From Lingula anatina (Eukaryota; Animalia; Brachiopoda), in assembly GCA_051362555.1 (NCBI GenBank), contig CM120648.1, positions 19,278,587-19,342,586 on the forward strand: a stretch of 64,000 nucleotides of DNA. Reading direction: 5' to 3'. Both the position numbers and the translations under genes were made by a program. A model generated the notes under the pieces. That model was not told where the DNA came from. It ran no database searches and was given only the letters and a program-made list of their open reading frames with translations. Below, in pieces: positions 22,701 through 33,600 of the stretch. Numbering within the stretch: position 1 is the first letter of the stretch; the number at the start of each line of letters is the position of its first letter.

Positions 22701-23862
22701 ACAAAGCTCTTAACCAGGCCCATGGGGATAATCAGTTAGAAAGTTTACCTACGGCAGTGACACATGGGATTGCTGGGGTTCTAAGACAGCTCCCCACTAA
22801 TACAAGCAGCATGCATATTACATTCAATGTTCAGCAGGTTTACCACAATTACTCAGAAAAGGAATCAATGCCAAGCATGAAAGAGAAAGATGTGACAGCG
22901 TCATTTCATAAACATGTCCCTACAAGTGTGAAAAAACGACTGAATGAGACACTTTGTCAAGATGATGTATGGGACCAAGTGAAGAAGATGTATGGCATTT
23001 CAGATGAAACCCCATGTCCTCCTGATGTTGTGGCTTTTTTGTTGTCTCAAGTTGAGGGTTCTATTGCATCTTTCATCAGTGTGTTGTTAAAGTTAAAGGG
23101 ATGCCACACAGAAGGAGAACTAGACATTCCACAAGATTTGATTGATGAAGTCAAGGTAATTGACCATTTGGTCTAATGAAGTAATCAGCTTTTTGTGGAA
23201 TTTGTCACTTAAATAAACAGTATGACATGTTTTGGCTTCAGTGATTTTACACTATGGATACCTCTGAAATATCTGTACTCCTTGGCAAATTTATCTCTTC
23301 AAGATCTTCATAAAACGTTATTAAGACTTATATACAGAAAGAGAAAATAATGATATTTTGATTGTAACTTGTTTTAAATAGCAAACAATTGATTGTTGCC
23401 AGAAGTGAACTTTATGATAAGGTTTGAACAAGCATCTATCCACACAAACTACTAACTCACTTTATATTTCTTTTCTAGAATGGACTTAAGAGTGAAATGG
23501 AGTATAAGAAACTTAGACAGAATGGAATTCGCTTTGCTGAAGAAATTCATATTGACATTGGAAGAATTTTGAATTACTTTTATCAATATGATATGATACC
23601 CGATGAGGAGATTACAGTGCTTAGAAATAGTGCCAGGGAAAATCCACATGATGCCTGTAGAAAGTTGTTTGAAAGACTAATTGCAAGCAGTCCTGAAAAA
23701 CGACCCATCGAATGCTTGAAAGATGCCCTCAGACAATACCAACATTCCCATCTGGCAGATGAACTAGAAGTTAGCAGCCAGTATGTAGAGGATGAATTAC
23801 AGAAACAGGAAATTGGAAGTGATCGGCCTTTTTGTGAAGAGCCGTTGTCGTTAGGAATTTAA
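7297..23862 (+). CDS. Multi-domain Roco protein NHL-Roc-COR-ZU5-UPA-(Q/P-rich)-death-domain-CARD, ~1905 aa, 15 coding exons
   Basis: join(7297..8239,10914..11162,11377..11457,11678..11743,12300..12356,12745..12819,16534..16833,17272..17411,17577..18791,18933..18981,19777..20462,20795..20971,21327..21515,22049..23155,23479..23862); all introns GT-AG, phases compatible, 5718 nt, no internal stop. Confidence 0.8.
9560..9753. mobile_element. EnSpm/CMC-type terminal fragment in intron 1
   Basis: Subterminal gcggctag/ccggca repeats ending in TTCTGTAAGGG (reverse complement CCCTTACAGAA). Confidence 0.45.
10585..10708 (+). mobile_element. 3' end fragment of the Helentron-like family at 26667-34707
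   Basis: Shares gcagtctgtttggtaaattt with 32669-32688 and the 3' end tgtctgtacatttgacagctttgctgccttgtt with 34674-34706. Confidence 0.7.
10914..11162 (+). CDS. Exon 2: Roc GTPase N-terminal part (P-loop, switch I); absent from the ORF track
   Basis: TTTCAG| acceptor; [68 protein letters not shown]...; |GTAAG donor. Confidence 0.92.
11377..11457 (+). CDS. Exon 3 (81 nt, Roc insert)
   Basis: TTATAG| ... |GTAATT, phase 1-1, [27 protein letters not shown]. Confidence 0.75.
11678..11743 (+). CDS. Exon 4 (66 nt, Roc insert)
   Basis: TTGTAG| ... |GTAAGT, phase 1-1, [22 protein letters not shown]. Confidence 0.7.
12300..12356 (+). CDS. Exon 5 (57 nt, Roc insert)
   Basis: Pyrimidine tract + AAG| ... 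G|GTATAT, phase 1-1, [19 protein letters not shown]. Confidence 0.6.
12745..12819 (+). CDS. Exon 6 (75 nt, Roc insert)
   Basis: Pyrimidine tract + AAG| ... G|GTACAG (weak donor), phase 1-1, [25 protein letters not shown]. Confidence 0.5.
13035..15858. mobile_element. Non-autonomous EnSpm/CMC-type DNA transposon (2.8 kb) in intron 6
   Basis: TIRs CCCAGACAGCCTCAGT / ACTGAGGCTGTCTGGG, 2-bp TT duplication, subterminal CCAGATCTGG palindrome arrays at both ends. Confidence 0.88.
14053..15485 (-). mobile_element. Small gag-only LTR retroelement (Gypsy/Mag-like), decayed
   Basis: Diverged direct repeats 14053-14268 and 15264-15485; minus-strand PBS TGGCGACGAGG (15252-62); PPT AAGAAAGGAAGGGA just before TGT (14269-82); gag remnants [13 protein letters not shown] and [22 protein letters not shown]. 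Confidence 0.8.
16137..16390. mobile_element. Harbinger-like MITE (CATTCCCA family), degenerate
   Basis: Ends ggaccattccca / atgggaacccagt with agatcgatcta motif; related to 40634, 45621 and 55788 copies. Confidence 0.5.
16534..16833 (+). CDS. Exon 7: Roc G3 / switch II
   Basis: [31 protein letters not shown], canonical Roc motif; TTTTAG| and |GTAAG. Confidence 0.93.
17272..17411 (+). CDS. Exon 8: Roc G4
   Basis: YWIDAIHTY...[11 protein letters not shown] (Roc-type THxD); CCAG| and |GTAGG. Confidence 0.9.
17577..18791 (+). CDS. Exon 9: Roc end and COR domain
   Basis: FFAIDN; [17 protein letters not shown]; [14 protein letters not shown]; [16 protein letters not shown]; FYVPSLL; LFNRLTVKL; TACAG| and |GTAAGT. 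Confidence 0.93.
18933..18981 (+). CDS. Exon 10 (49 nt linker)
   Basis: AACAG| [16 protein letters not shown] |GTAAAT; supplies the phase 0-to-1 change needed to join exons 9 and 11. Confidence 0.75.
19777..20462 (+). CDS. Exon 11: ZU5 domain and start of UPA-like domain
   Basis: [26 protein letters not shown]...[24 protein letters not shown] (ZU5, UNC5/PIDD type); KRLSALVFG...LMVCCVNDT (UPA-like). Confidence 0.9.
20795..20971 (+). CDS. Exon 12: UPA-like region
   Basis: GTAG| ... |GTAGG, phase 0-0, open. Confidence 0.8.
21082..21256. mobile_element. hAT-type MITE in intron 12
   Basis: TIRs CAGGCCCTTAGCCAG / CTGGCTACGGGCCTG; no clean 8-bp duplication. Confidence 0.7.
21327..21515 (+). CDS. 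Exon 13: UPA-like region end
   Basis: TTTTAG| ... FVCKIHIKQ ... |GTAAGT, phase 0-0. Confidence 0.8.
22049..23155 (+). CDS. Exon 14: Q/P-rich low-complexity linker plus degenerate death-domain-like region
   Basis: TTTCAG| ... |GTAAT; FQSQ repeats; [46 protein letters not shown] resembles UNC5-type death domains. Confidence 0.82.
22373..22506 (+). repeat. 66-bp coding tandem duplication ([17 protein letters not shown][P/S]YHQQ x2)
   Basis: Two copies differing at one base. Confidence 0.95.
23479..23862 (+). CDS. Exon 15: CARD-like death-fold domain and stop
   Basis: [60 protein letters not shown]; TTCTAG| acceptor; TAA 23860-62. Confidence 0.85.
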   Translation, partial: NGLKSEMEYKKLRQNGIRFAEEIHIDIGRILNYFYQYDMIPDEEITVLRNSARENPHDACRKLFERLIASSPEKRPIECLKDALRQYQHSHLADELEVSSQYVEDELQKQEIGSDRPFCEEPLSLGI

Positions 23863-24021
23863 GCTCCACCCATACCCTATTGGAGCACATTAAAACTACT
23901 TGTGTACGGTGTTTGACAGTATGTGTTAAGATTTTTTATCCTGTTTGGGTCACCGTGGACAAGGAACCTATGGTGTATATCCACCATATTACTTGCATGC
24001 TTTAGATATTGTCATCAGATA

Positions 24022-24027
24022 AATAAA
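24022..24027 (+). terminator. Candidate polyadenylation signal AATAAA
   Basis: First AATAAA about 160 nt after the stop codon. Confidence 0.4.
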
Positions 24028-24244
24028 GTGACCGCTGTTTTTAGTGATTTTGAGCAAACTTGCTGAAAATCTACAATGGGACATTCCATGATGCAATATA
24101 GATATTCCCCACATTTCATACTAAGAGCATTATTTGTGTTGTGATACTCATCTGTTCTAAAACAATTTAATGACACGTTTAGATGTGTCCTCAGAGAAGT
24201 ATCTGCTGCTGTTTACCATCATCAGAGCCAGTGTAAACATTCCA

Positions 24245-24502
24245 GTACTTGCAAATATTTAGCTGACAATAATGACATATATTAATCAAGACAATCTAGT
24301 AGTTGTAAAGTTCTTGTATATATTTAGCTGACAATAATATCATTAATAATTAAGACAGTCTAGTAGTTGTAAAGTACTTGTATATATTTAGCTGAAAATA
24401 ATGATATATATATTAACGAAGACAATCTAGAAGTTGTAAAGTACTTTCAAATATTTAGCTGAAAATAATGTCATACGTATACTTAATTAAGACAATCTAG
24501 TA

Positions 24503-24545
<43 letters not shown>

Positions 24546-25040
24546 GAAAACACTAACAATACTTAATTGAGACACTATAGTTCTTGTAAATATTGAATGG
24601 AAAATATTCAAAATAATTAAGACGCCCTAGCACTTTTATAGTAGTTGTAAATATTGAATCGAAAGTACTAACAATACTTAATTAAGACACTTTAGTAATT
24701 GTAAAATACTTGTAAATATTGAATTGAAATTACAGACAATGCTTGATTAAAACAGTGCTCTCGTACTTGTTAAGTAGTTGTAAAAATTGACTTGAAAATA
24801 CTGACAATATGAAATGAAGACAGTCTAATACTTGTAAATATTGATTTGAAAATACTGACAGTACTTAAGTAATTGTAGAATACCTGTAAATACATAACTG
24901 AAAATACTGATAATACTTAATTGAGAGCCCCGAGTAAATATTTAGCTGAAAATTCCAACAAAACTTAAATCAGACACTCCTGTAAAGTACTTGTAAAGTA
25001 CCAGTAAATATTGGATTGTAAAATACTGACAACATAGTTA
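24245..25040. repeat. Decaying AT-rich ~60-70 bp tandem array with a (TA)n insert
   Basis: Recurrent aaatatttagctgaaaata..aagacaatctagtagttgtaaagtacttgta units. Confidence 0.75.
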
Positions 25041-25520
25041 AATATATATACCTCTCTAAATAACTGATTTAATGTGGGTACATAAATAATCCAGTTATTA
25101 CAGTAATCACCTTAACATTCATATCTTGTGACATTTGTGTTTATTTCAATATATAAATTACACACCAGTGTATGTCTTGTTTTCCTTTTTATGGACAGAC
25201 TCTGTCTGGACATTCACTCCTCAGCCGCATCTGCTTTTGTCTATAGTGCTGTCCTATGCTGTACTTTCTTCATTAACTCACAACATCAAATATCTTCATG
25301 AATATACGTGCAAGCCAAGGTCCCTACAGAATTTAATGCAGATGGAATTTAACCACAGTGAAAAGACGATAGATTGACACTGTCCATGATTAAGGCAGTG
25401 CTCTAGTACTAGATAGTACTTGTTAAGTAGTTGTAAATAACCATTTTGGTAAGGATTTCATCACAGAAACCATAACAGCCCTCTGATTCGCAACACATAA
25501 CAGTTTAAAGTTTGCATTTT

Positions 25521-25847
25521 AACATTGAGATATCAGGCTTGCTCACTGACTGTGTACATGTGCTGCCACTTACTGGTGACCAATTGTACCAGCATGGCAC
25601 AAGAGGCAGAGGTGCTGGTCAGCTGTATGTACCATGGGTAGGGTGTACAGACAGCTATGGCCACATCTTCATTGCTGACTGTTATATCAACAGGATAGTG
25701 GCACTGAGTCCACAGGGACAGTTGATCAGATACATTGTCACTAAGGATGATGATAGACTGGTGTATCCTACGTACAGCAGTAGCCATCAACCCTGCTGAC
25801 CTATTGGTGGCGGCTGAGGCACAGAGTGAATTGAGGACCTTCAATAC
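25521..25847 (+). pseudogene. 5'-truncated NHL-domain paralog fragment
   Basis: [65 protein letters not shown]; aligns to exon 1 7903-8223; frameshift near 25770; no start. Confidence 0.88.
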
Positions 25848-26720
25848 TCGAAATGAAACCTATTGCTCAGATTTTACAATTGCAATTCCATAACTCATAA
25901 GCATCACAATTTCCAACCGAGTGCTTATAGTAATAGTGGTATCACCTTTAGTCTGAGGTCATTATTTGTGGCGAGTAAATCCCATAGCATTGTCAGGTAC
26001 TGATGATATACAGAGGTCATATATTCCAGAATAAGTCATTACCACTGATTTATAGCTTTCATTTTTGTTTAATATGTTATTCATGAAAGAGTTCATGAAA
26101 GATTATTTTAATTTGTTAAATCGTGATCTTATTCTTTTTATATTCAAATAATTGAATACTGTGGGTAAAATTGGTCTTCCACTTCTTATTTGCATTTTTC
26201 CTTTACTACAAGATTATTTTTGAACAGTTGCAGCATTAAAAATTTAAATAAATAGCAATCTGAAAGAAGAATTTTGCATAATTATTAAATGATAATAGGA
26301 ATTTTGGATTAAGAAATTAGTTAAATACTGAATAGTGATATGGTCAGTCAATTTATGTAGAATCTGATAATATGATTGAAAATACTGATTGAATTCTTGG
26401 CCTTGCACTGGGCAGTTTTACATTTGTGCCAAGTGCTCTTTTTGGACTCCATTGTACAATGGTATAAAATCTTCAATTGTCATGAAATTTTTTAATCAGA
26501 CTCTGTATGTCACTGCCATCAGCTGGTGCTATCGGCAACGAATTAATTTCCCTTTGTTTCTGAGTGAATCTACCGTCTAAAATCACTATTACTGAAAATA
26601 TTTGCGTTTTGCTGAGGGTAGTCTAGGCAGTATACGGCAAACTTCTTAGTGCGTGTGTACAACAGATTTTTTTATGTACAGACACAGATGTGTCTGTACA
26701 TATAGCCATCATCTGCGTCT

Positions 26721-26761
<41 letters not shown>

Positions 26762-26945
26762 GCACTTTTACCGATAACACGATAAATGGAAAACCATTTT
26801 TGCTTTTGGCTTTAAACTTACAGAACTGATGAATATTCATAATACGCAGGCCAAGTTCGAAAATCAGCATGATCGGGTCATTTTTAGGGAATTTATGCTG
26901 TTTTTTCCCTTTTTTCAGCATATATGCAGCACCGATAACACGATA

Positions 26946-29900
26946 GACTCGCCCTTCAAGAAATCGACGCCTTCAAGAAATCGACGCAAACCGGAAGTAC
27001 GTGCTTTTTTTCGCTATTTTTCCCGGCATGCTCTGCGTAAACATACTGCGTAGTCAAGTAAGTTGTAGCGTCTGATACAAAGTATCGAACGCAACATTTA
27101 AACTTTTGTTTATAATACAAAAAGCGTTGATAACGACCTTACACATGTTGTAGAAGAAGTTAGTTGAACAGAAATAATGTTTACTTACATAAATTTCCGT
27201 GCTTTTATGCTCTTGTCGACGTCCTATTATTTGCGCATCCTTCGTATGAGTAAATTTAATTTATCATTATTTGTTGTCGCCGGTGAAACTTTGTAAGTTC
27301 AAATGAAGTAGAAAAATACCACATTCATCTGCTTTATATATTCTAGATTTTTAAAATTCTAACAGGTGCGTGTCCTTTGTAAGAAACGTTACTGGCTGAT
27401 TGATGTTTTCCACATATTATCCCAGCCGTAATTCTCTATAGGGCTACCCTGGATGTTTATCACCTCCGTATTACCCGACGTAGTATTACAGGTAAAATGT
27501 ACACGGCTTGTAAACACATTGCATCAAACTTAGTGATAAACACAAACCTTGAATAAAGGCATCTTAAGTATCCAAATGATGTCCTTTGTTTTTGTCTCCA
27601 ATTCATCTCTCTTGTGAGTGTAAATAAAATCGTCCCGATCAATTGTAGTTAGGATTGTTTTCTTGTTTGAGTCAATAATGTGTGTCACAACATACGTACA
27701 CATGTAGTAGTTTGGTGAATTGCCGCTAGAGACCCTTACAATAGTACTGTTACAAGACGGGTTACGTACGTAACTGATATTGAAGTTTAATTTAAAAAGA
27801 AATCCTTTAGAATATCCAACTTTAGCAAAGGATGGCCTAGTTCTGTTTGTTTATCTAAAATAAAAGCCCAAATTATGTGTGTTTACATTTTAAAACAACA
27901 TTAATTAAACCAAAAATGTCAAATCAGTTTTCAGAATGCCACGGAAATATAACTTAGAACAATTAGATGCAGCTGTTTTGTCTGTGCAAGCAGGCACGTA
28001 CACGTTGACTGAAGCGTCACGCGCTTTTGGTGTGCCAGTAACAACGATTGGTGACCATGTGTCAGGTACCGAATCTTAGAATATACAAGTAGTGACTATA
28101 AAAGTAATGAACCGGTGAACAATATACGTGAGCATATACGCTGGTAATGACGGTATGAGTTGCATTTTATGTTCGTATTAATAACAATAAAAACAAAGAA
28201 AAACTAAAACGTAAATTGGTTTGTAAATAAAAACGTTTTTATTTTAATTTTATGAGTATTTGTTGTTTAATTCTTGCCTTGGGCAAATTCTCTTTCCTGT
28301 CCTGCTCTTAAGGTATATCCTGTTTCACTTCATTTCTCTGTCTCTCTCTTATATGCGTCTATCACAAAAGGAAGACTGAAGTTTACACCTAAGAAAAAAC
28401 CGTTAATGAACCCAGACGACGAGGAAGCCCTAATAGCCTATGCTATGCTTATGGCTGACTGGGGTTTTCCTCTGACAAGAGACCTGATGGGGCACTTTGC
28501 AAAAGGGATCATGAAAGAAAGGGACCCAAATGTGGAGTTTCTTGCATCGGATGGTTGGTGGTGGCGCCTTAGGCAAAGGCACCCCGAGCTCTCTCTAAGA
28601 AAGCCGGGATTAATCAATAGGTGTGCCTGTGACTGAAAATAATAATGATTGTGGTAATAATAATGATGGTCATTGCAAATTCAATTTTTTTACAACCTAA
28701 AATGTTCACATATGAGTGTGGGCTTTTTTCCTCCATTTAACAAAAGCATTGTGTTAAAGGTACTTAAAGGCAAAATCGCTGTGCTCTAACCGTTCTAGAA
28801 AATTATTTTTCAGAGGCAGAGCCGTCATGTCGCAGCCATCCGTTGCAGAATCGCATTTTGATTTACTAAAAGAAACCCTCGCACTGCACAACATTACCGA
28901 TCCAAGTAAAATCTACAATGTAGATGAGACTTACTTTCAGTCTAAAGCAAGCTCGAAAGTTGTCGCCAAGAAGGGAAAACAGTTCCCATATGAAAGAGAG
29001 GTAACCAATGCCAACCATGTTACTGTCGTGGAGTGTGGCAGTGCCGTTGGCCAGCTGCTGCCACCGATGATTATATTCGAGGGCTGTCCCCCAGCACCTG
29101 AAGCCATACAGCAAGGGCCGGAAGACGCCCTTTATGGCTCCTCTGAGTCGGGGTACATAGACTCTGACATGTATTTGCAATGGTTTGTCAAAATTTTCTT
29201 GAAACACGCCCCCTCTGCCAGGCCCTTGATATTGTTGCAAGACAACTTAGCAGCCCATGCTTCCAAAGGTCTTATTGACAGTGCTAAGGAAAACAACATC
29301 ATTTTATTTAATATCCCAGCCCACACTTCTCATTTTTTACAACCCCTGGATCAAATTTTTAAAGATCTAAAATTGGAGTATAGAAAAATTGCAAAATCCG
29401 CCAGTCTTTTACGGAAAAACCTTCTTATCACTAAAGCAACTTTTCCAGCAATTTTTAAATCTGCTCGAAGGAAAGCACTAACACCAGAAAAACTATCAGC
29501 GTCTTTCAAAACTACAGGGATATGGCCACTCAACCCAAAGGCTATAAAGGCAGATAAATACATAGAAAACGACAGAGCACATAAGAAGACAAAGACAAGT
29601 GGAGACGTGTGCTGCCTCATATTGGAGTGCAGCGGTGACGACGAAGAGAGAAAAGACCAAACCACTCAGACATATTACGATGACAATGGACAGCCGACAG
29701 ACAAGACGGACTCGATGACGCAAACAGACTCTACTGACGCGACACCTGTCTGTTACTGTGGTCACATATGCAAGATTGAGCAACACCCAATGGTGAAGAT
29801 GGGCATAGTGTCTCCAACCATCGCGAAAGTGCTGATTGTACCAGCAGAAGGGGCACCCATGAGAAAAAGAAGATTTGCAACAGATTATAGTAGATCGCAA

Positions 29901-31371
29901 GTACTGACGTCGGACGAAGTGATGGCAGAAAAAAGAAGAAAAGAGGAAGAAAGCCAAAGGATTGTTCAAGAAAAACAGAAGAAAAGGGAAGATGCCGCTA
30001 AGCGAAGGATAGAGAAGGAGGAGGAGAAGAAAAGAGCGGGCGAGGAGAGGGAGAGAAAGAGGGCTGAGGCACACGATCGAAAGGCACAAAAGGCCTTGGA
30101 AGTGGAACGGAGAAAAGAATTAAGAAGACAGGAGAAAGAGAAAAAGGAAGAAGAGAAAAGGAAAAGAGCATATGAAAAGAGGGCAAAAAGAATGGGCATC
30201 GTGGCAGGAAATTTCTTCATTGAAGAACCGCGGGAAGGAACCGTGGCACCAAGTAGACCTACACCCCGTCGGCCGGCACCGATATGTACCGTATGCAACG
30301 GTATGGAGCCACCAAGTACTAGCACAACTGAGTTGGTGGAAGAAGTGTACGAGTTTATTCGGTGTGTCGTTTGCAATGCGCAAGAACATCTTTCTTGCGC
30401 GAAAACACCCACATTTTTGGACGTTTTTTTATGCCATAACTGCTGGCAGGCATCAGAATAAAAGAGTATTGGTTTAGTTCTTTTCAACATGTATATTGTT
30501 TATTATTATAATTACAGTTTTTCAACGTATTAATATTACAGATAAAGTAATGTACATAAATTTGTGGCCCTTCATTTGCCCCTTCATGTCTGTTGTAAAT
30601 TCTGTCGTCTGTGATTGTTTGTTTTCTGTCACATTGTTCATCTTGAAATGATAAAATGTGTGTGTATTCTTTTTTCCGTTTTGATTAAAATGGGGCGGTA
30701 TACGTAATTAGGACTACCTCTGTATATTATAAGATTGTAGTGGAAATATAAGTGGTCTTTGAGAAAAGTAAAATCTTTTATGACCAAACACTATTTGTGA
30801 GTCTAGAGTTCGTTCTCAGTACGTTTACTTAAGTTCAATTTCTAATACACTTTCTATAAACATATATGACGCCTTACACGCTTCAGACATCATTAAAAGC
30901 CGAATTCGTGAATCGTTTGAACTTTCTTGAAATGCTATGAAAACATGAGACAACATTGAAATATAAATCGAAATAAAAAAACAAAACTTAGTCTTAAATA
31001 GCTTTTTTTACTTTAAAAAAAACTATATGCGTGGTTTGCAAAGTCATTTACTTAATATTTTGATAAAAAACGAAGTCCTTCTCAACAGAAAATCATCCAG
31101 CATCTTCCCAAGCACAATGGAATGACGTCACGACGCACTTCCGGTTTCCGTCGAGATCTTGAAGGCGTAAGTGTTATGGTTTGCAGTACATTCAGAGCGT
31201 TCTATCTCAAAATCTACACAACCAATTGTATTGAAATTTACAACATTTATTCTTTACATAATATCGCACCTATGTGCGAAATCTGAGAGCTTGAGCTTAT
31301 ATACTTTTTCAACAGTGTTCATTCAAATTTGAAAATGAGCTATTTTCCGTCGATTTCTTGAAGGGCAAGTC
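26946..31371 (+). mobile_element. Full-length pogo-superfamily (Fot/Passer-like, DD35D) DNA transposon, 4426 bp
   Basis: 24-bp TIRs GACT[C/T]GCCCTTCAAGAAATCGACG (1 mismatch), TA duplication; interrupts a repeat unit whose empty form is at 26781-26790. Confidence 0.95.
27936..30461 (+). CDS. pogo-type transposase, 675 aa: psq-HTH, CENP-B HTH, DDE_1, charged coiled coil, PHD finger
   Basis: join(27936..28065,28371..28620,28814..30461), GT-AG, in frame; EASRAFGVPVTTI; GWWWRLRQRHPELSLRKP; IYNVDET / LLQDN / LQPLD (35 aa between last two D); CTVC..CVVCNAQEHLSC..FLCHNC. Confidence 0.92.
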
Positions 31372-32056
31372 TAAGTGGAAAACCATTTTACTTTTTGGCT
31401 TGAAACTTACAAAACTGATGAATATTCATAATCCGCAGGTCAAGTTCGAAAATCAGCTTGATCGGGTCATTTTTAGGGAAGTTACGCTGTTTTTTCACTT
31501 TTTTCAGCATATATGCAACACTAATAACACAATATAAGAAAAACAGATTGGCCAATTGTCATTATACTCACAGGTGTAGTCAAACTAACTAAAACGCAGG
31601 TTGAGTTCGAAAATCAGCATAATCGGGCCTTTATTTAAGAAGTTATGCTGTTTTTCACATTTCCTCAGATTCAATTCTTAGGCATGTTAACAGTCTCATT
31701 ATTGAACTAATAAGATATGTAAAAGTGTTTGTTTGATATTTCCTGCATCTTTACAATATTGTTAATTGATTATGTAAAAATGATGGTAAACTTATTATCG
31801 TGTATTGTGTAATAAAGTGTCAAAAATGGGAATAAACTAATATCATTGCAGTTTGTCGGATTCAATCATCCACTATGTTCAGAATCTCAGAATGGAGGAA
31901 ATTGGACATTTAACACTATTGATATTTTTCCCATCTCATCAATTTTCTTAGTTGGTCATATAAAAATGGCAACAAACTGTTTATTTTGTTTTATGTTAAA
32001 AAAATGTTAAAAATGGAAATAAACCCATTTAAGAACAGTGCTGTCTTGTTTACATT

Positions 32057-33600
32057 TTGGCATTTTCAAGATGTGACTTTGAAGTTCCATGAGCCTGCAG
32101 ACCTTTGCTAGTCACATTTTCTGAATATCCATGATACTAATATTTTATGATTAAAAATTGATGGTCATTATGCTGTTAAACATTATGTAATATTGCATCA
32201 AAATTTGAAGAAACCCCTATTTTGGGCACTGCTCCCATGATGACCATTTAAGAAAAACCATGTCACTTACTGTTTTCAAACTTACAGCTAGGAAAGAAAC
32301 ATGGGACTAAAATACAGCTTCAGTAGGCAGTGCAGTCTGTTTGGTAATTTTTTGTGGCAGTTAAACAGTTTTTTGTGAAAATTTAATTTTTCACATGTTG
32401 GCATTTTCAAGGTGTGGCTTTGAAGTTTCATGATCCTGAAGATTTTTGCTTGTCACGTTTTCTGAATGTCCATGTTACTAATATTTTATTAATAAAATTT
32501 GATGGTCATTATGCTGTTACACATTATGTAATGTTGCATCAAAATTTGAAGAAACCCCTATTTTGGGCACTGCTCCTATGATGACCATTTAAGGGAAATC
32601 ATGTCACTTACTGTTCTCAAACTTACAGGAAAGAAACATGGGTCTAACATACAGCTTCAGTAGGCAATGCAGTCTGTTTGGTAAATTTTTCTGGCAATTT
32701 AACAGTATTTTGTGAACATTTAATTTTTCACTTATTGGCATTTTCAAGGTGCAACTTAGAACCTCCACGGGCTTGAAGACCCATGCTAGTCACATTTTCT
32801 GAAAATCCATGACACGTATATTTTATTTTTAAAAATTGATGGTCATTATGCCGTTAAGCATTATGTTATGTTGCATCAAAATAGAAGAAAATACAATTTT
32901 TGGTGCTGCTGCCATGATGACCATTATGGGAAAACCGTGTTACTTATGATTGTCAAACTTTCAAAAAAGAAACACAGGACTAAAATGCAGCCCGAATTGG
33001 AAAAGCAGTCTAATTGGCTTCTTTTTCTGGAAGTTATACATTTTAGTGAAATATTCATTATCTTTTTGGCATATTCATTGTGGGACTCTGAGCTCCTATG
33101 ACATGTAGCCGAATGGTAATCAAATTTTCTACATGTCCATGCTATTTATAGTCAATAATCAAAAATTGGTGATAATTATTCTATAATTTATTATGTAATT
33201 TTACATCAAAGTTGACAATAATCTTTTTGCACTGCTACTGCAAACATTACGAAAAGAAAACTGTGTTACTTATTATTATATTTAACTTATAAGTATGATT
33301 TTTAGGATTGGCATGCAGTTCAAATTAGAAAGCCAGGTCAATTGGGTTATCATTTATTATTGAATTTTATGCAATTTTGTGAATTTTCATTGTTCTCATT
33401 CTGGCACTTTCTAAGTATAAACTTGAACTCTGATGGGCCTGAAGCCTTATGCTTTTACTTTCATCGGTGTTACCTGTTGTGCAAAATTAAAATGTGATGT
33501 TGACTGTGCAGTTAAACATAATGTATTACTGCATCAGAATTGGTAGTCTCCTATTTTGTGCATTATTGTTTTGTGCTTTTCTTAAGTTGTGACTTATGGG
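32057..33600. repeat. ~340-bp tandem array, about 5 progressively decayed units
   Basis: ttggcattttcaag.. unit starts near 32057, 32398, 32735, 33067, 33401. Confidence 0.8.

Noticed and set aside
10914-23862. Naming the gene LRRK2, DAPK1, MFHAS1, PIDD1 or UNC5
   Set aside because: No kinase, LRR, ankyrin or transmembrane segment seen; only modules are shared, so no symbol given
29351-30490. Long antisense and alternative-frame ORFs over the transposase
   Set aside because: Shadows of the purine-rich coiled-coil coding region
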